Origin: Octopus sinensis
Taxonomy: Eukaryota
DNA: 64,000 nucleotides
Assembly (NCBI RefSeq): GCF_006345805.1
Contig: NW_021833588.1
Span: 12,463 to 76,462 of the forward strand
Reading direction: 5' to 3'
In this document: positions 1 to 12,190 of the stretch, piece by piece
Position numbering within the stretch: the first letter of the stretch is position 1
Layout: every line of letters begins with the position of its first letter
Program-made: the position numbers and the translations under genes
Notes under the pieces: generated by a model
What the model saw: the letters and a program-made list of their open reading frames with translations, nothing else
Told to the model about the DNA's origin: nothing
Databases searched by the model: none

Positions 1-59
1 CGTTTTTCAGTGTTTATGTACAAAGAGAGAGGTTCTCTGATAAGCCAGGTGGAAAGGGT

Positions 60-174
60 CGTTTTGAAATAAAGATCATTTAATTCAAAAAAATCTGATT
101 TAAATCAAAAAAATCGTGATTAAATCAAAAAAATCAGATTTTTTTGAAAAAAATCATGATTTTTAACAACCCTG
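60..174. mobile_element. Right end of a hAT-like DNA transposon/MITE
   Basis: Ends in ...AAAAATCATGATTTTTAACAACCCTG (reverse complement CAGGGTTG..., hAT-type terminus) with repeated TTAAATCAAAAAAATC subterminal motifs. The left end is not identified. Confidence 0.45.
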
Positions 175-177
175 AAA

Positions 178-390
178 GAAATTAAAGGAACTAAATCTAA
201 AAATATCACAAAAAGTATAAATAAGTAAAAAAGGAGATTAAAAGAACAAAATCGAAAAGCATCACAAAAATTATAAATAAGTAAAAATGGATATTAAATG
301 AACTAAATCGAAAAATATCGCAAAAAGTATAAATAAGTAAAAAAAAAGTAGATTAAAGGAATAAAATCGAAAAATATCACAAAAATGATG
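178..390. repeat. Degenerate tandem repeat, about 57-60 bp unit, about 3.5 copies
   Basis: Recurring AAATCGAAAAATATCACAAAAAGTATAAATAAGTAAAAA...ATTAAAGGAA variants. Confidence 0.75.
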
Positions 391-799
391 AACTTTCAGA
401 TAATTAAATCATTAAACGAAAATACATCTTAAATTATTCCTTCTGAATCCAATTAGGATAAAAAAATAAAATGTAGCAAAAAATTAAGAGAGCACCACAA
501 AGTAAATCAACAGCGTGTTCACACGTGGCTTAATTTATTAGGTATTAGGTTTGCCATTAAAAATTAAGATAATTGACAATAATTAATGAAAAAAACTTTA
601 TTTTTTATTACAAACCAGTTTTGAATGTCAGTAATTATAGTAATTTTGTCACGTTGCATCATGTGGTTCACCAGTTGTTACAACTGTGAAGGCGCACAGA
701 ATTCGAGAAAGCACTCTTCCCAGCTGGAATTATCCAGACGACAATCCCAGGATCTCAGCCCCCGATGGACGAAAGGCTTGAGCATTCTGCTTTCGGGCG

Positions 800-1250
800 A
801 TGTGGAGGAAAATCGAGACCCTATCTAATCATACTCCAACTGAACATCAATGGAATAAGAGGGAAAGTTCTTGAATTACGGACATCCCTCAAAAAACATA
901 ACATCAATGTAGCTGCCTTGCAAGAAACCAGATTAACACCTTCCTCTATTACTCCCTCATTCCCGGGATATAACTGTATCCGCTTATGCCGGTTAAACCG
1001 ACTTGGCGAGGGCCTTCTGTTCATAATCAATACGGTTTGCACTATACGGACTCTACGGATGACCTCAAAACAACAATTCAAGACGGCGTATCAGAAATGT
1101 CTGAAGCACATCACCCCGATTCAAATCTTTACTAAAACTGTTCCCTTTCCGTTCCCCACATGCATTGGGTCCAGAGTTTAACATCGGGAAAAGCTGAGAA
1201 AAATCTTAAGGATTGTTAGAATCACCTAATTAATTACCCTAATTAACTCA
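800..1250 (+). mobile_element. Internally deleted non-LTR retrotransposon: APE/EEP endonuclease N-terminus joined to the element 3' end
   Basis: ILQLNINGI...INVAALQETRL is the EEP motif. The tail at 1105-1240 matches the stub at 30130-30270. Confidence 0.8.
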
Positions 1251-2199
1251 AGAGTTAAATTAAAAAAATGTTAGTAATTCCTACCTTATCAGAGAGCAAG
1301 GATCCAATAATAACCAGATTATTGAAAAGGTGATTTTAAATCAATCAATCTTGGTTATAGCAATTGGAAACCTGATTGCTAAATTGGCAGCGAGAAGTGT
1401 ATGTCCCCGCCTCAGCTCAGAATTTCCACCTTACTTACTCCGGGTGGGTATTGCCAACGGTTGCGAGTTCGACATCGTCAATTCATTTCTTGTATATCAA
1501 TCTTCCCTGGTAATACAACTACCCGAATTAGCAGTCAAATTGTTTTTTGCGGTGCAAGTGATTTCATTGGTCATTGCTATTTCTAAGTTTGGTGGGGCGA
1601 TTTTATGCTTGAAAAATTAAAAATTTATACTGTTTAATCTAAAAAAATATTGTTGTCACCACGCCTCGGAAAATAAGTAAAAAGTAACTATATTAGCAAT
1701 AAAGTTTAACTCTGGAAAGAACATCTTAGTTATTAAATTTCTGTTTTCGTTATTTGTAGTGTTTTACTCTATCAACCTCAACCTCTTAGGGCCCACGTAT
1801 AGTGCATGGATGTGCAGATTCATGTCAACGCGCAGTCTAGATTCAGGGACTACCAAAGTAATGACAAAGTAATGACAAGATTTAGGTCTATATTTAATTT
1901 GCCTAAAAAATCTTGCGGAAATTTATTTTTCAAAGCCTCTTTTAAAATTCGATATTTTAAAGCAGCATCTCCCAACTTTAATGTGGTTGCAAAACCCTTT
2001 TATTTTAATTTTTTTCTGATGAGAACTTTCAATTAAATTATTGAAAATTTCATTTCATTATAACCAAAAAGGATTCTTTGACACCAGAGAATAGCAGTGA
2101 AAGAATACAACGATTACTAGTAGAATTTGGACCCATGTGTTTATTTTTAACAAAACTCAAGAAAATTTTCCGATCATACATTTAGCTCTACGTCAGTGC

Positions 2200-2470
2200 G
2201 TTTCCTTTTATCTCTTCCTTGTATCGAATTCTTAATCACCGTCCAAACGGGGATGATTTTTTTCAAATTTCCTAGCACACTTCTCATAGGCAAGATACTC
2301 CTCTTCAAGGGGACCTCCGGTAGATCTTGCCATCGCTAAGAAGATGTGCTGTCTTTCTGTAAGATGGTCCATTAATTTTATGACGTTGAGTGTATTCTCA
2401 ATTCCGAAATCTGCGTAATTTTGTCACGTTTCAGTAATATCAGTAAGCACTGGTTCTGTACGACTTTCAG
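2200..2470 (-). mobile_element. Degraded LINE RT C-terminal fragment
   Basis: Minus strand reads LSISAQNKLKVVQNQCLLILL, similar to the LINE post-RT 'LQxVQNxCLRxI' motif, then frameshifts. Confidence 0.4.
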
Positions 2471-2805
2471 TTTGTTTTGTGCAGATATTGACAATCTACC
2501 AAAAAAAAATTTTAATGATTTCAGGTTCACCTACATTAAAAAAATGACATTTTCAAATTAATAAAATACATGAAAAAATATAATATAAATCAATATGAAC
2601 AGTTGGAATTTATAATTAGTATTTTACCCGTACAAGGTATTTTAATCAACTAATAAAACATTGTATTATCATTTTTAATTCTTATAATTTTTATAATTTA
2701 TTTTATTAAAATAAAAAATTATAAATTTAAATAAAATAATTAATTCACGTTTTTCTTACGTAGTGCTGAATCTTTTATTAAAATAATAACAAAATTACCT
2801 TTGAA

Positions 2806-4153
2806 ATGGACGGTAAATTTTTTTCTAGTTAACATAATCTAAAGATACTGAAGAATACTATTCAGACGAATCATCAGAGACCTGTTCTTTCAAAGACTAC
2901 CCAAACAAAAATTTCGATACAAAACCAACGAGCGGACCATCCTGTTCAGAGGAAGACATTCAGTCAAATTATTCCGATTATGACAACGAGAGGTTTCTAT
3001 ATTCTCCGTAATACAATCACAGTGTCTGTTCTGGAATAAAACGAGTCAAAGAACTTGAATTTGTCACATCTACAGGCATTTTCTTATCATAACAAATACA
3101 GGAAAGAGAATTCCTCCCAAAATCATTACTGAAAATACAAATCAACTGGAAAATCTTAAATCTAAATCAACACGTTTTCAAATCGGTATTTTTGATTGAT
3201 ATAACAGAATTGAACAACAAATTGTTGAAATGTCGAATGAAAGTTCAGCCCATTCTGGCAAATGTAAATTCTCTGCCACAGAAACATTTATTTAGTCAAA
3301 TTGAGGGGTGTGGGGACCTCGAGTTGACCCAACAAATTGAATCCAGTTTTTAGATTTTTTAATTTTTTTAGTTAGGGATAAACTAAACTGTTTTACCGAT
3401 TCATTTGAAAGTATTTTGAATTCAGTTTGTTCGTCTTTTTTGGAAAAAGACGTTGAAATTGCCGGAAATGAGTTTCTTGAGGATTTTGATGTTAAATTGA
3501 AGGATTGTCGGTTAAAAAATAATTATTATTTTGTAGAAATGGAATTCTGCAAGATTGGTTTGATAAGACAAGACTTTCAGTGGCTAAAATGCCGAAAAAA
3601 GACTTTTCCAATTTCGAAAAATCTCCAGTTGTCCAAATTGAACAAATCATGTCAGATCCGACTCGTTTAATCAGGAAAACTCAAATGAATCGATCAAATT
3701 GTCGTGTAGTGGGACAGATTGACCAGTCAATGCCTTTGACACGTGTCCAAGACTTGAGAAACGACGGGACTCTTTATCAATATGACACAGAGATGTTTGA
3801 CGATTCGGATTTCTATCAGAGACAGCTTAGTGATTTTATCAAAAAGAATACGGAAGGGTCTTTGGATTGTTCACAAGTTGATAAGTTTGTGTGTTGGTGA
3901 TGAGATAGGAATTATTTGGATATGCGTAGTCGAGCTCAATATAAAATGGATAGACCTGTGGATGTGAGAGCTACAAAGTCGAGAAAAATAAGGTTTGGAG
4001 GTTTTGTTGTTTTTAGATATACGGTTATTAAGAAACTTGCTGGATTTTTTGCGCCTGTCGATACTAGTACGTGGACGGATGAGTCAATGTTGGTTTTTTT
4101 AATTTTTTGTTAGGAATGAACTTTTTGGCTCGTTGTTTGGAAAGACACTTTAG
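2806..4153 (+). CDS. AATF: AATF/Che-1/Bfr2 (nucleolar pre-40S factor), 10 exons
   Basis: Splicing 9 introns (2813-2844, 2993-3022, 3076-3101 GC-AG, 3186-3207, 3346-3371, 3511-3536, 3885-3908, 3993-4016, 4089-4113) gives one ORF. It contains RFQIELNNKLLKCRMKVQ, WFDKTRL, RLIRKTQ, FDDSDFY, VDVRATKSRKIRY and FFAP...ELFGSLFG (AATF/TRAUB motifs). Confidence 0.9.
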
Positions 4154-4689
4154 TTATTTTTTGTAATTTTTTTGTACATTTAATTATTGTAATTAACACG
4201 ATTTGTGAATAGATTTTGATTATTACAATAATTTTGCTGAATAGTGTTTCCAGAGATATTTGTTTTAATCGAGGAAAATGTTATAATTTGATTTTAATAC
4301 AGTTGATATAAAACCCCTTTAATGAAACGTTGCTAAATGACAAAAAATATTTTATTTTTCGAAATTAGTAAGTTTTTAATATGGTTCAATGTAGTTAAAA
4401 GTCGTTCAAAATGAATGATATTTAATCTACTGACGTTTGTGGGTGAAGAGTTATCTTCTGACTAATATGAGTAAACAATTCATTACGATTCATATTGCGA
4501 TGGTACAAATTCTCATTCCAAATGAAGATATATGGCAGGGGTGTCAAAGATACGGCCTGTGGACGATCTAATATGCCCCGCAAAAAAAGTTTAAAAGTTT
4601 ATTTAAAATCTTGAATTATTATTTAAAACTAAATAAAAATATAGATTCAAGAATTCTCGCCCCAGAACCTGCTGATGTAAGCATCCTCC

Positions 4690-4922
4690 TGAATCAATCG
4701 CCACAACTGCTGAATGCAGAGAAGTACCAATTCACAGTTGAGACTTTCGGTTCCTTGGAAGGAGAGGTAATCAGGTTCGTTCAGGAGATTTGGATATCTA
4801 CATTCACAGGCGACGCCCGCGAATCGAAATGGTTTATTGAACGGATATCCCTTGCGATAGTACGCTTTAACTCTTTCTCGATCGAGTCAGTCTCTCTCCC
4901 AGTAAAGAACTATCCTTTTTGA
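4690..4922 (+). mobile_element. CRE-clade non-LTR 3' stub (REL endonuclease end)
   Basis: FTVETFGSL...TGDARESKWFIERISLAIVRFN matches the CRE C-terminal VETxG...QRISxAIxRGN motif. Confidence 0.7.
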
Positions 4923-5638
4923 CAATGATTGATATTGATTAAAAAATTTTTTTTCATTACAAATAAAAATTTATTACTTGAAAAATAATTAATTGTTTAA
5001 ATATTTTATTTAAATGAATATATTTTTGGATTTAAATTGTTTATTTTGTTTCGTTTAGATGCATTTTTAAACAAAACGTAGAGTTGATTTAGAATGCGGG
5101 TCATTCCAAAGAAAGTTGCAACTTAATATTTCTTTGCCGAGTTAAAGCATTACCCTTACAAGAAATACTGTAGCGAATAGGATTCGCATAATAAACTCAA
5201 GACGAAAATCAGTTCATTCATTACCTTTTCTATTGCTATTGACGAGTGTGCTGACATTATGGATGTGGTTCAGTTAGATATATTCATTTGTGGCGTGGAC
5301 GAGGATTTGACGGTCAGAGAAATTCCTAGATTTGATACCTTATAATGGACACGCCAAATGAAATATTCAAATATCTTGTCAGTGTGTTGGATAGCTTTGG
5401 AGTGGAATAGGCACATCCTGTTAGTGTGGCTACAAATTAGCTCCATCAATGTTTGGAAAAAAACTGGCGTTGTGGCTCAATTCAAAGACAAGTTACAGCT
5501 GCAAATGGAGAATGTGATTTTTGGATATTTCACTTTATTTTGCACCAAAATGTACTCTGCACCAAAACGTTAAAAATTTACCATTTAATGGAGGTGGTCA
5601 TTTTGACGACAAATTTTATCCTTGCAAGATGTCTAAAT

Positions 5639-6735
5639 CAGGGGTTCTCAACCTTTTTAGCTCAAGGGCCAAATCGATAATTAAGATTAGCTTTGCGGGC
5701 CGCACAAAAAATATTTTATATATTTTTATATTTTCCATTTTGGACACTATAGTGAGTAATAATAAACCGGACATTTTTGTCTTCGACAAAGTTCGGAATA
5801 TTATTACGCTTATCGAAATTGGGATTACTTCTCAGCAATCCTTGAAGCAAGTAGAAGTAGAAAAATTACATAAATATGACCTTTTGGCGAACGAATTGAA
5901 GGTAATCCATAACGCAAAAGTGAATATCATACCTTTGGTTATTACGTGAGATGGAATAACATCCAGATTCTATAAACATTACCAGAACTCCTTGCAAGTC
6001 CAGGAATCTACGCGAGCTTATATCCAGTCAATCGTGATAAAGAGAACATTGGAAAGCATGCGCCCGGAGTATAAACTCCTTCCTACAGCGACGAAGCATG
6101 CAATTAAATCGGACTCGAGAACAATCACAAAAGTGGCCTGCCCTGTAAAATGGATAAATGTACCCGTTGAAGACACTTGCTCGGGCTCGAAGAGGAGGAG
6201 AATTGACTGAAAGCAGACGCAATAATTAAAAATCAATTTTATCTGGACTTTTCAAATAAATAAAATTACGTAAATTTTTCCATTTTACTAAATATTTATT
6301 CGCATAAATATGTAGATTCATATATGCATTGTGTGTTATATTTTTGAATTTGTCTTGAGGAATTAATTCGTAAAAATTAATAATTGACGCATTTTTGAAC
6401 AATGCCGCCATTTCTATATCATGTTGTAAATTATTGAGTTCTAATTGAAACTTTGCAGGCGCATCCTTAATTTCCACGCTGAATGGAGTTACGAATATTT
6501 TCATTAAAGGAAGGAATTCTTTAAAATTCTAAAAATTAAATTTATATAAATTTACCCCAAAACGTGCTTCAAATTGATTAATGAAATCACCAATTATGGA
6601 TATGTTTAACCTTAAGAATGAATAATTAAATTTAAAAATTATTAAAAAATTAAAAAAGTTAGTTACTCTAGAGGGGCCGCAAAAAAAATTCTGGGGGCCA
6701 CATGCGGCCCCGGGGGCCGCATTTGAGAACCGCTG
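5639..6735. mobile_element. Non-autonomous hAT element with 8-bp TSD GTCTAAAT, carrying a nested LINE fragment
   Basis: Termini CAGGGGTTCTCAA...TTGAGAACCGCTG. GTCTAAAT at 5631-5638 and 6736-6743. A transposase fragment lies on the minus strand (6330-6504). A sister copy is at 18822-19527. Confidence 0.9.
5745..6210 (+). mobile_element. R4-like non-LTR retrotransposon REL endonuclease fragment (pseudogene)
   Basis: NNKPDIFVFDK...LIEIGITSQ..EVEKLHKYDLLANEL...IIPLVIT*DG is a PD-(D/E)xK REL domain. The conserved W is mutated to TGA. Confidence 0.85.
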
Positions 6736-7734
6736 GTCTAAATCACCGTCAATATGAAAATATTCTCAGCTATATTGGTTTCGCCCAGGGATCATTCCGG
6801 GATAAGGTCGTAAGCCGAGGTGTGGTTTTAAACAGATTTTTTGATTTAAGACAAGAAATTAAACACTTCATGTTTGCAATGAACAAAACTTTATTAGAAT
6901 TGGAATCTCTTGATTGGTTGCTAGACTAGCACTTACGGTAGATATTACAAAACACCTGAACACGCTTAACAAAAATTTGCAAGGCCGAAATAAATTTGTT
7001 ACATAGTATTTCGAATGCATACAAGCTTTCACCATGAAAGCAATGTAATAGGAGACACAATTGACAGTGGGAAACACTGAACATTTTTCTTGTTTAAAAA
7101 GTGTAAATTCCACTTTGTATAATTGATAACAAATTACGAAATTGATTAAAATACAAATTGGATCAAACCAATATAGGTTTTTTATATGGAGTTTTAACCA
7201 ATTGAACTAAAAATAAAGCTCTAGAACAGGGGTCGGCAGAATTTCCGACTTCACGGGCCGGATTATAAAAAATTATTGGTCTGCGGGCCGGATAATTTTT
7301 TTACTTATTTAAGGCTAATATTAATTAATTGAAAGAAAAACAGTTTAAACGTGCGAAAATGATTAACATAATCTTAAGCTGCTGATGATCGAGAAGACGT
7401 TGCCCCTCAGGATCGCAATGGATATTCTTTGGAACAACCATTGCTTCTCCCGAGGCTATTAATTAATTGAATAAAACTTTATTTAATCAAACAACGAGTA
7501 AATTTTAATTGAATTTGCTGTTTAATTTTTCATATACTGTCATTTATTTTCAAGAGTTCATCGATATTAGGTGCATAGGTTGTGGACGCTAAAATTAAAA
7601 CATCATTAAGATGATTGTCCGTAATTCTTGTTCTATGATTGTTTTTCATATTTTTCATTTTTGAAAATAACTGTTTGCAAACAAAAGTACTTCCAAATTA
7701 TTATTAAAGCAATCTCGCGGAATCAAAAAGTTAA

Positions 7735-8256
7735 TTAAGATTCTGCCATCCGACTCAGGATACGCTTTGTTAGTCGTATCCACGCTCCCCTGTTACGTGC
7801 GAGGCATCTCAGTTCGTCCAGATCATCGGCCGATTTCAGTTTCCTTCCAATCGACGTGAGATCATGGTCGAGCGTAGTCGGTAATGTTGTTCTTTGTCGG
7901 CCCCTATATGCCGTTTTATTTAATGAGCAGAAGTAGGATTCCATGTTCTGATTGGCTGGCGTCATTTCCGAGGCTCTAAGTACATGTCCAAAGAGCATCC
8001 ACTTCGTAAACATCACTTTCTTTGCAATCTCAGATGTATGGGTGATTCTGTAGAGTTCATTATTGGTCATCTTTTTTGGCCAGTGAATTCCCAGGAGTAG
8101 TTGTTTTCTGTGGAAAGAGTTGAGCTGCTCCAGTTCTTTAGCGGTTAGGCCCCAGGTCCCCGCGTTGTAAAGCAAGATTGGTTCGACAAAGGAGTTGTAC
8201 AGCCGAATTCGAAGGCGGGTTCCTATGTACTTGCGCCTCATCCAGATCGTCCACAA
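7735..8256 (-). mobile_element. RTE-like LINE 3' fragment
   Basis: RLYNSFVEPILLYNAGTWG...SFHRKQL...LFGHVLR...GRQRTTLP. Same family as 25575-26661. Confidence 0.85.
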
Positions 8257-8640
8257 ATGCAATAAATTGAGAATATAATTCATATATCAGCAGATTTTTT
8301 CCTTGTAAATTCGAATTCAGATCATTCAGATGAAAAGTAATGTCAACCAGAAATGCAAATTTTTCAAGATCATAAAAGTATGAAGCATCAAAATTTTTAC
8401 TTTCAAAGAATAATCGTACCTTATTGTGCAATAAAAACAATCGTTTCAACATCGATCACATGCTTAGCCATCTACGTTAGACGTTAGATCTCAGTATTTT
8501 GATAACTTCATCAATATTTGGTTTTAAATTGCTGCATATATTTTTCCAAGTGAAATAATTTTCGTTATTTCGTATCCGGCTCTTGTTACATTTTCATTAT
8601 TTTCAATTTTTTAATAAGGCCTTGTTGAATTCGTAAAGTG
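8257..8640 (-). mobile_element. hAT (Buster) transposase fragment
   Basis: FAFLVDITFHLNDLNSNLQGKN motif. Confidence 0.75.
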
Positions 8641-8659
8641 CGCTTCAGTGATTCAATTT

Positions 8660-8749
8660 TATCCTCACGTAGCCTTCAAAAATCCGGGGGTGCCCCAAAA
8701 TCCGAGGGTGCCCCACCCCTGGGGTCTACCCCAATTCGGGGTCGGACTG
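8660..8749. mobile_element. pogo/Tigger-type MITE end
   Basis: Ends CCAATTCGGGGTCGGACTG followed by TA, like the TIR of the pogo element at 51436-52820. Confidence 0.55.
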
Positions 8750-8939
8750 TATTTGAATATATCGGAGAATGATTTGTTTATAGTGAAGTCGAATGTTATA
8801 CTCCTTCATAACAGAGAGATGTTCGTGGCATATTAAACAATAAGCTTTCTGCTTTAATTCATCTTTCGCAAAAAATATTTCATTTCCCATAATTTGTTAA
8901 ATACACGACATTGGCGATCAACTTTTCTTTTCATATTAG

Positions 8940-10788
8940 TAGGGCAACCAATTGCAATTTTTTGCAATTAAATATAATTTAATTAAAATTCGATAAATAA
9001 TAAAGTAATGAATAGACATTAATTTTAATTATATTTTTATTCGATTTAAATTTGCAATTTTTTGCAATTTTTTGTAGTCATTTTACAATTTTTTGCAATT
9101 TTTTTAAATTAAAAAAAAAATTTTTTTATTAAAAAATAATATAATTATAAGTAAAAGATTATTAAAACGTGTTTTAGTTGTTTGTTGTAATGGGTAAAAG
9201 GACAGTGTCACAGAAAATTTCATTTTATGCAAAGAAATTCCCCGAGTTTGTTATTGACAGTGAAGGGAATTTATTTTGCTCCAATTGCTCAACTGTTGTA
9301 CGGTGTGACACAAAATTTTTTGTTGATGCGCACCGTTCTTCAAAAAAACATTTAAAAGCACACAGTATTTCTTTGAATTTAAATTTATAGAATGGACAAA
9401 TTCATCTCAGAGTTCACAAACATTTCTTTCGGCGATAACGGATACTCGAAAGGATTGGGGGATCAAAGTAACACAAGCGTTTTTGGAGGCAAACATACCA
9501 ATTTATAAAATCAGACATCCTTCCCTCATACGGCTTTTTGAGCAGGAAACATATCCTTTGCCATCTGAATCATCTTGCAGGTTAAATGTTAAAGAAATAT
9601 CAAAATATAAAATTAATACCATTCAGACTCATTTACTGTTGTTTTTTTTAAGTTATTCAATAGTGGGGAATGTGTTTTTTTTGTTTGTGATGAAGCCCAA
9701 ATCAATGGAACTCGTTTTTTAATTACTTTGATTGGGAAAATCTCCACTCCAAAAAATCTTCATTTAGTATCGTGTACCAATCTATATTATCCGCCTACTA
9801 CTTCAACAATTTGTGTTGAGGTGGACAAAGTAATAAAGAAATTTTCTATTGAACGTGAAAATTTTATATTATTCGTTACAGATGGGGCGAGATATATGAC
9901 CAGTGGTATATATAAATAAATTTAATTTTAGCTGGGGCATCAATGAAATTGATATACCAAAATCTTTTCCACGTGACTTGCGTGTCACATTTATTGCACA
10001 ACTGTGCTCTAAAGATTAAGGCATACTTCGCAGATGTTGATGAATTGATTTCGTCTATAAAGGCTGCCACAGTCAAAAACAAGAGACGTTTGGAGATGTT
10101 TTCACGAATCGGAAATCCACCCGAAGTTGTGGTTACAAGATGGGGAAGCTGGCTAAAAGCAGCAAAATATTACTCCCAGAATCTTCCAGAAATTATTAAA
10201 ATCGTATCTGAATTTGAAGGAGATGGAGTTTTAATACAAAATGTTTTAGTTTTTAATTATTTTAGGCAAAAAAATCAGTGAATAATCCTACGTTGTTTCC
10301 AAGCTTAACCCAAATCAGTTCAAATTATTTGGGATTAATTGAAATGATTTCAAATACTGAATTGCTTGATTACTCCATTGCAACAGCTTATGGTGATCTA
10401 AACACCCTAGACTTTACATCAGATCCATGCGACATAAAATCCTATATATCAAAAAAGCTTGAGAAATCAGGAATACTAAGTATTCTTGAATTCTCAAATA
10501 AGAATCTATCGCCAGAAGTTTATTCACATCTCAGAAAATGTAGCGCAAGTTCAGCATCTATCGAAAGGGCAATATCTCTTTTGACGAAAATTCTTAGTAA
10601 AGAGAGGAACTTTAAACCTGAAAATGTTCAGGAATATTTGATTTCCTATTACAATAAATAATTTCGTTAATTTTTTGCATAATGTAATGTTTACAATTAA
10701 AAAAAATTATTTTTGCAATTTTTTACAATTTTTAAAATTCATTTTTGCAATTTTTTTTATTAAAAAGTGCAATTTTTTGGTTGCCCTA
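8940..10788 (+). mobile_element. Full-length hAT-superfamily transposon with TIRs and 8-bp TSD
   Basis: TIR TAGGGCAACC...GGTTGCCCTA. TSD CATATTAG at 8932-8939 and 10789-10796. GCAATTTTT subterminal repeats at both ends. Confidence 0.93.
9190..10661 (+). CDS. Intact hAT transposase (456 aa) with four introns of 23-26 nt
   Basis: Exons 9190-9364, 9391-9637, 9664-9905, 9932-10242 and 10266-10661 total 1371 nt with no internal stop. Motifs: N-terminal C2H2 finger (FCSNC...AHRSSKKH), CDEA, VTDGARYM, CVSH (CxxH), TRWGSW, SIERAIS. Confidence 0.85.
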
Positions 10789-10929
10789 CATATTAGGAAT
10801 AGCAACAAACAAAAATTTAATGTTAATGCTGATAAGTTTTTTTCGAATTAAATCTTGCGAAATAGTTTATTTTTTTAATTAAAGTTTTTATTTGAGTTAA
10901 TTATTAAAATATTAATTGAATATCTCGAA

Positions 10930-11528
10930 AGGGGTGCATCGTCCTGGGACGAAGATGTCGCCAGGGGGACAAGTTTTGATGGTTCTTTTCCGGTGAGTAT
11001 TAGGTACCCCCTGAGCGTTTCCAAATGCGTCTGAATTGCAAGATTCAAGCGAGTTGGTGAACCACATAACGCCACGTGTTTCGACTTACTTCCGTTCCCT
11101 TCTGCAGGAGTCAGACGGTCCTAGGGGTAACCCTCGACATGCACCTCTGTTTCTCCCCTCATGTGGACAACCTCCTTCGCAAATGCGAACATAAACTGAA
11201 CATTCTGCGAACTCTATCTGGTATTTGGAAATACGGGTCGCACCCGGTACTGGCGAATATCTACCGCCAGTACTTCGAACCCTGTGTTGCGTACGCTTGC
11301 GGATCATGGGGTCCGCGGCTATCGTGGTCCAACAGGAGGCGAATCGAGGAGGCCCAACAAAGGGCCCTCAGATTAACCGATCGTTGGTCACATGATAGCC
11401 AACGCCCCGGTCCAGCCTCTCTGGAAGACCTCATCAAGGCCTGCCGCCCTGTGCGATCTTGTGTGGGCTCGTGGAAAGACCACCGAGCGAGGATGAGGTC
11501 CCTGGTTGAGTGTATCGGGATCACGTGA
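10930..11528 (+). mobile_element. LINE (Jockey/I-like) RT 3' fragment, 'GIT-stop' family
   Basis: LGVTLDMHLCFSPHV...YRQYFEPCVAYACGSW...IEEAQQRALR...HRARMRSLVECIGIT*. Confidence 0.8.
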
Positions 11529-11949
11529 CATTTGTTCGGTTTTTAGCGTGGTCTTGGTGTTTTAATAAATAAATATTTCGAAATAGTGGGCGGGCTGTAG
11601 TTTGATGACGTCTGAAATATGCCAAAAGAAATGTAAGGACGGTACTCATGTCTAACAATGGAATTTATTTTAATATCTTTAGTTAAAATAGTTTATTCAA
11701 CTAAATACTAACATTTGTTCAGGATAAAATGTAACCAGTCGCTCATGTGTATTCATCCACCCATGTCACAAAATTCAATGTGATGAAAATTATTCGAATC
11801 TTTTCAAAGATAATTTGTCATTATCAACTATTCCGAGTTATTATGGAATTAACATGAAAAGATGTTTCAGTTACCCGTTGGTTTCAGATTTAAATATTCA
11901 AATCAAATTTTTTTAAGATATTAAATTGTTAAAAATAATTGTAATTTAC

Positions 11950-12190
11950 TAGAAGTTAACAAAGCCATCCATCCGAAGTGGACCCCGCCAACATTATTGA
12001 TGTTGCGTTGCCTCTCACGATAGCAACGGAGATCAACTGGAGAAGCCACCGGGTCTCACGTGTGTCGTGGCTTTTTAATGTGGCTAAGCGTCCAAGCTTC
12101 TTTAGGAAGCGAAGCGATTTCCCACTTATTCCTCCAGTTGTCTCGACCACAATCGGGCGGAACATTAATTCCGTGGCCTCTAAAAAACAT
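11950..12190 (-). mobile_element. CRE-clade non-LTR 3' stub
   Basis: FRPIVVETTGG...FLKKLGR...DTRETRWLLQLISVAIVRGNA. Confidence 0.8.

Larger units (their letters stand above)
4536..7110 (+). mobile_element. Degraded hAT (Buster/SPIN, GTF2IRD2-like) transposon with nested insertions
   Basis: Left end CAGGGGTGTC at 4536. Transposase remnants: FSIAIDECADIMDVVQLDIFICGVDE (about 5230), FILHQNVLC (about 5530) and SRGVVLNRFFDLRQEI...VDITKHLNTLNKNLQG (6810-6990). Confidence 0.75.

Noticed and set aside
5944-5952. TGA at a conserved Trp as a sign of a variant genetic code
   Set aside because: TGA is a normal stop in the NPC2 genes and Trp is TGG elsewhere; this is a nonsense mutation in a dead element.
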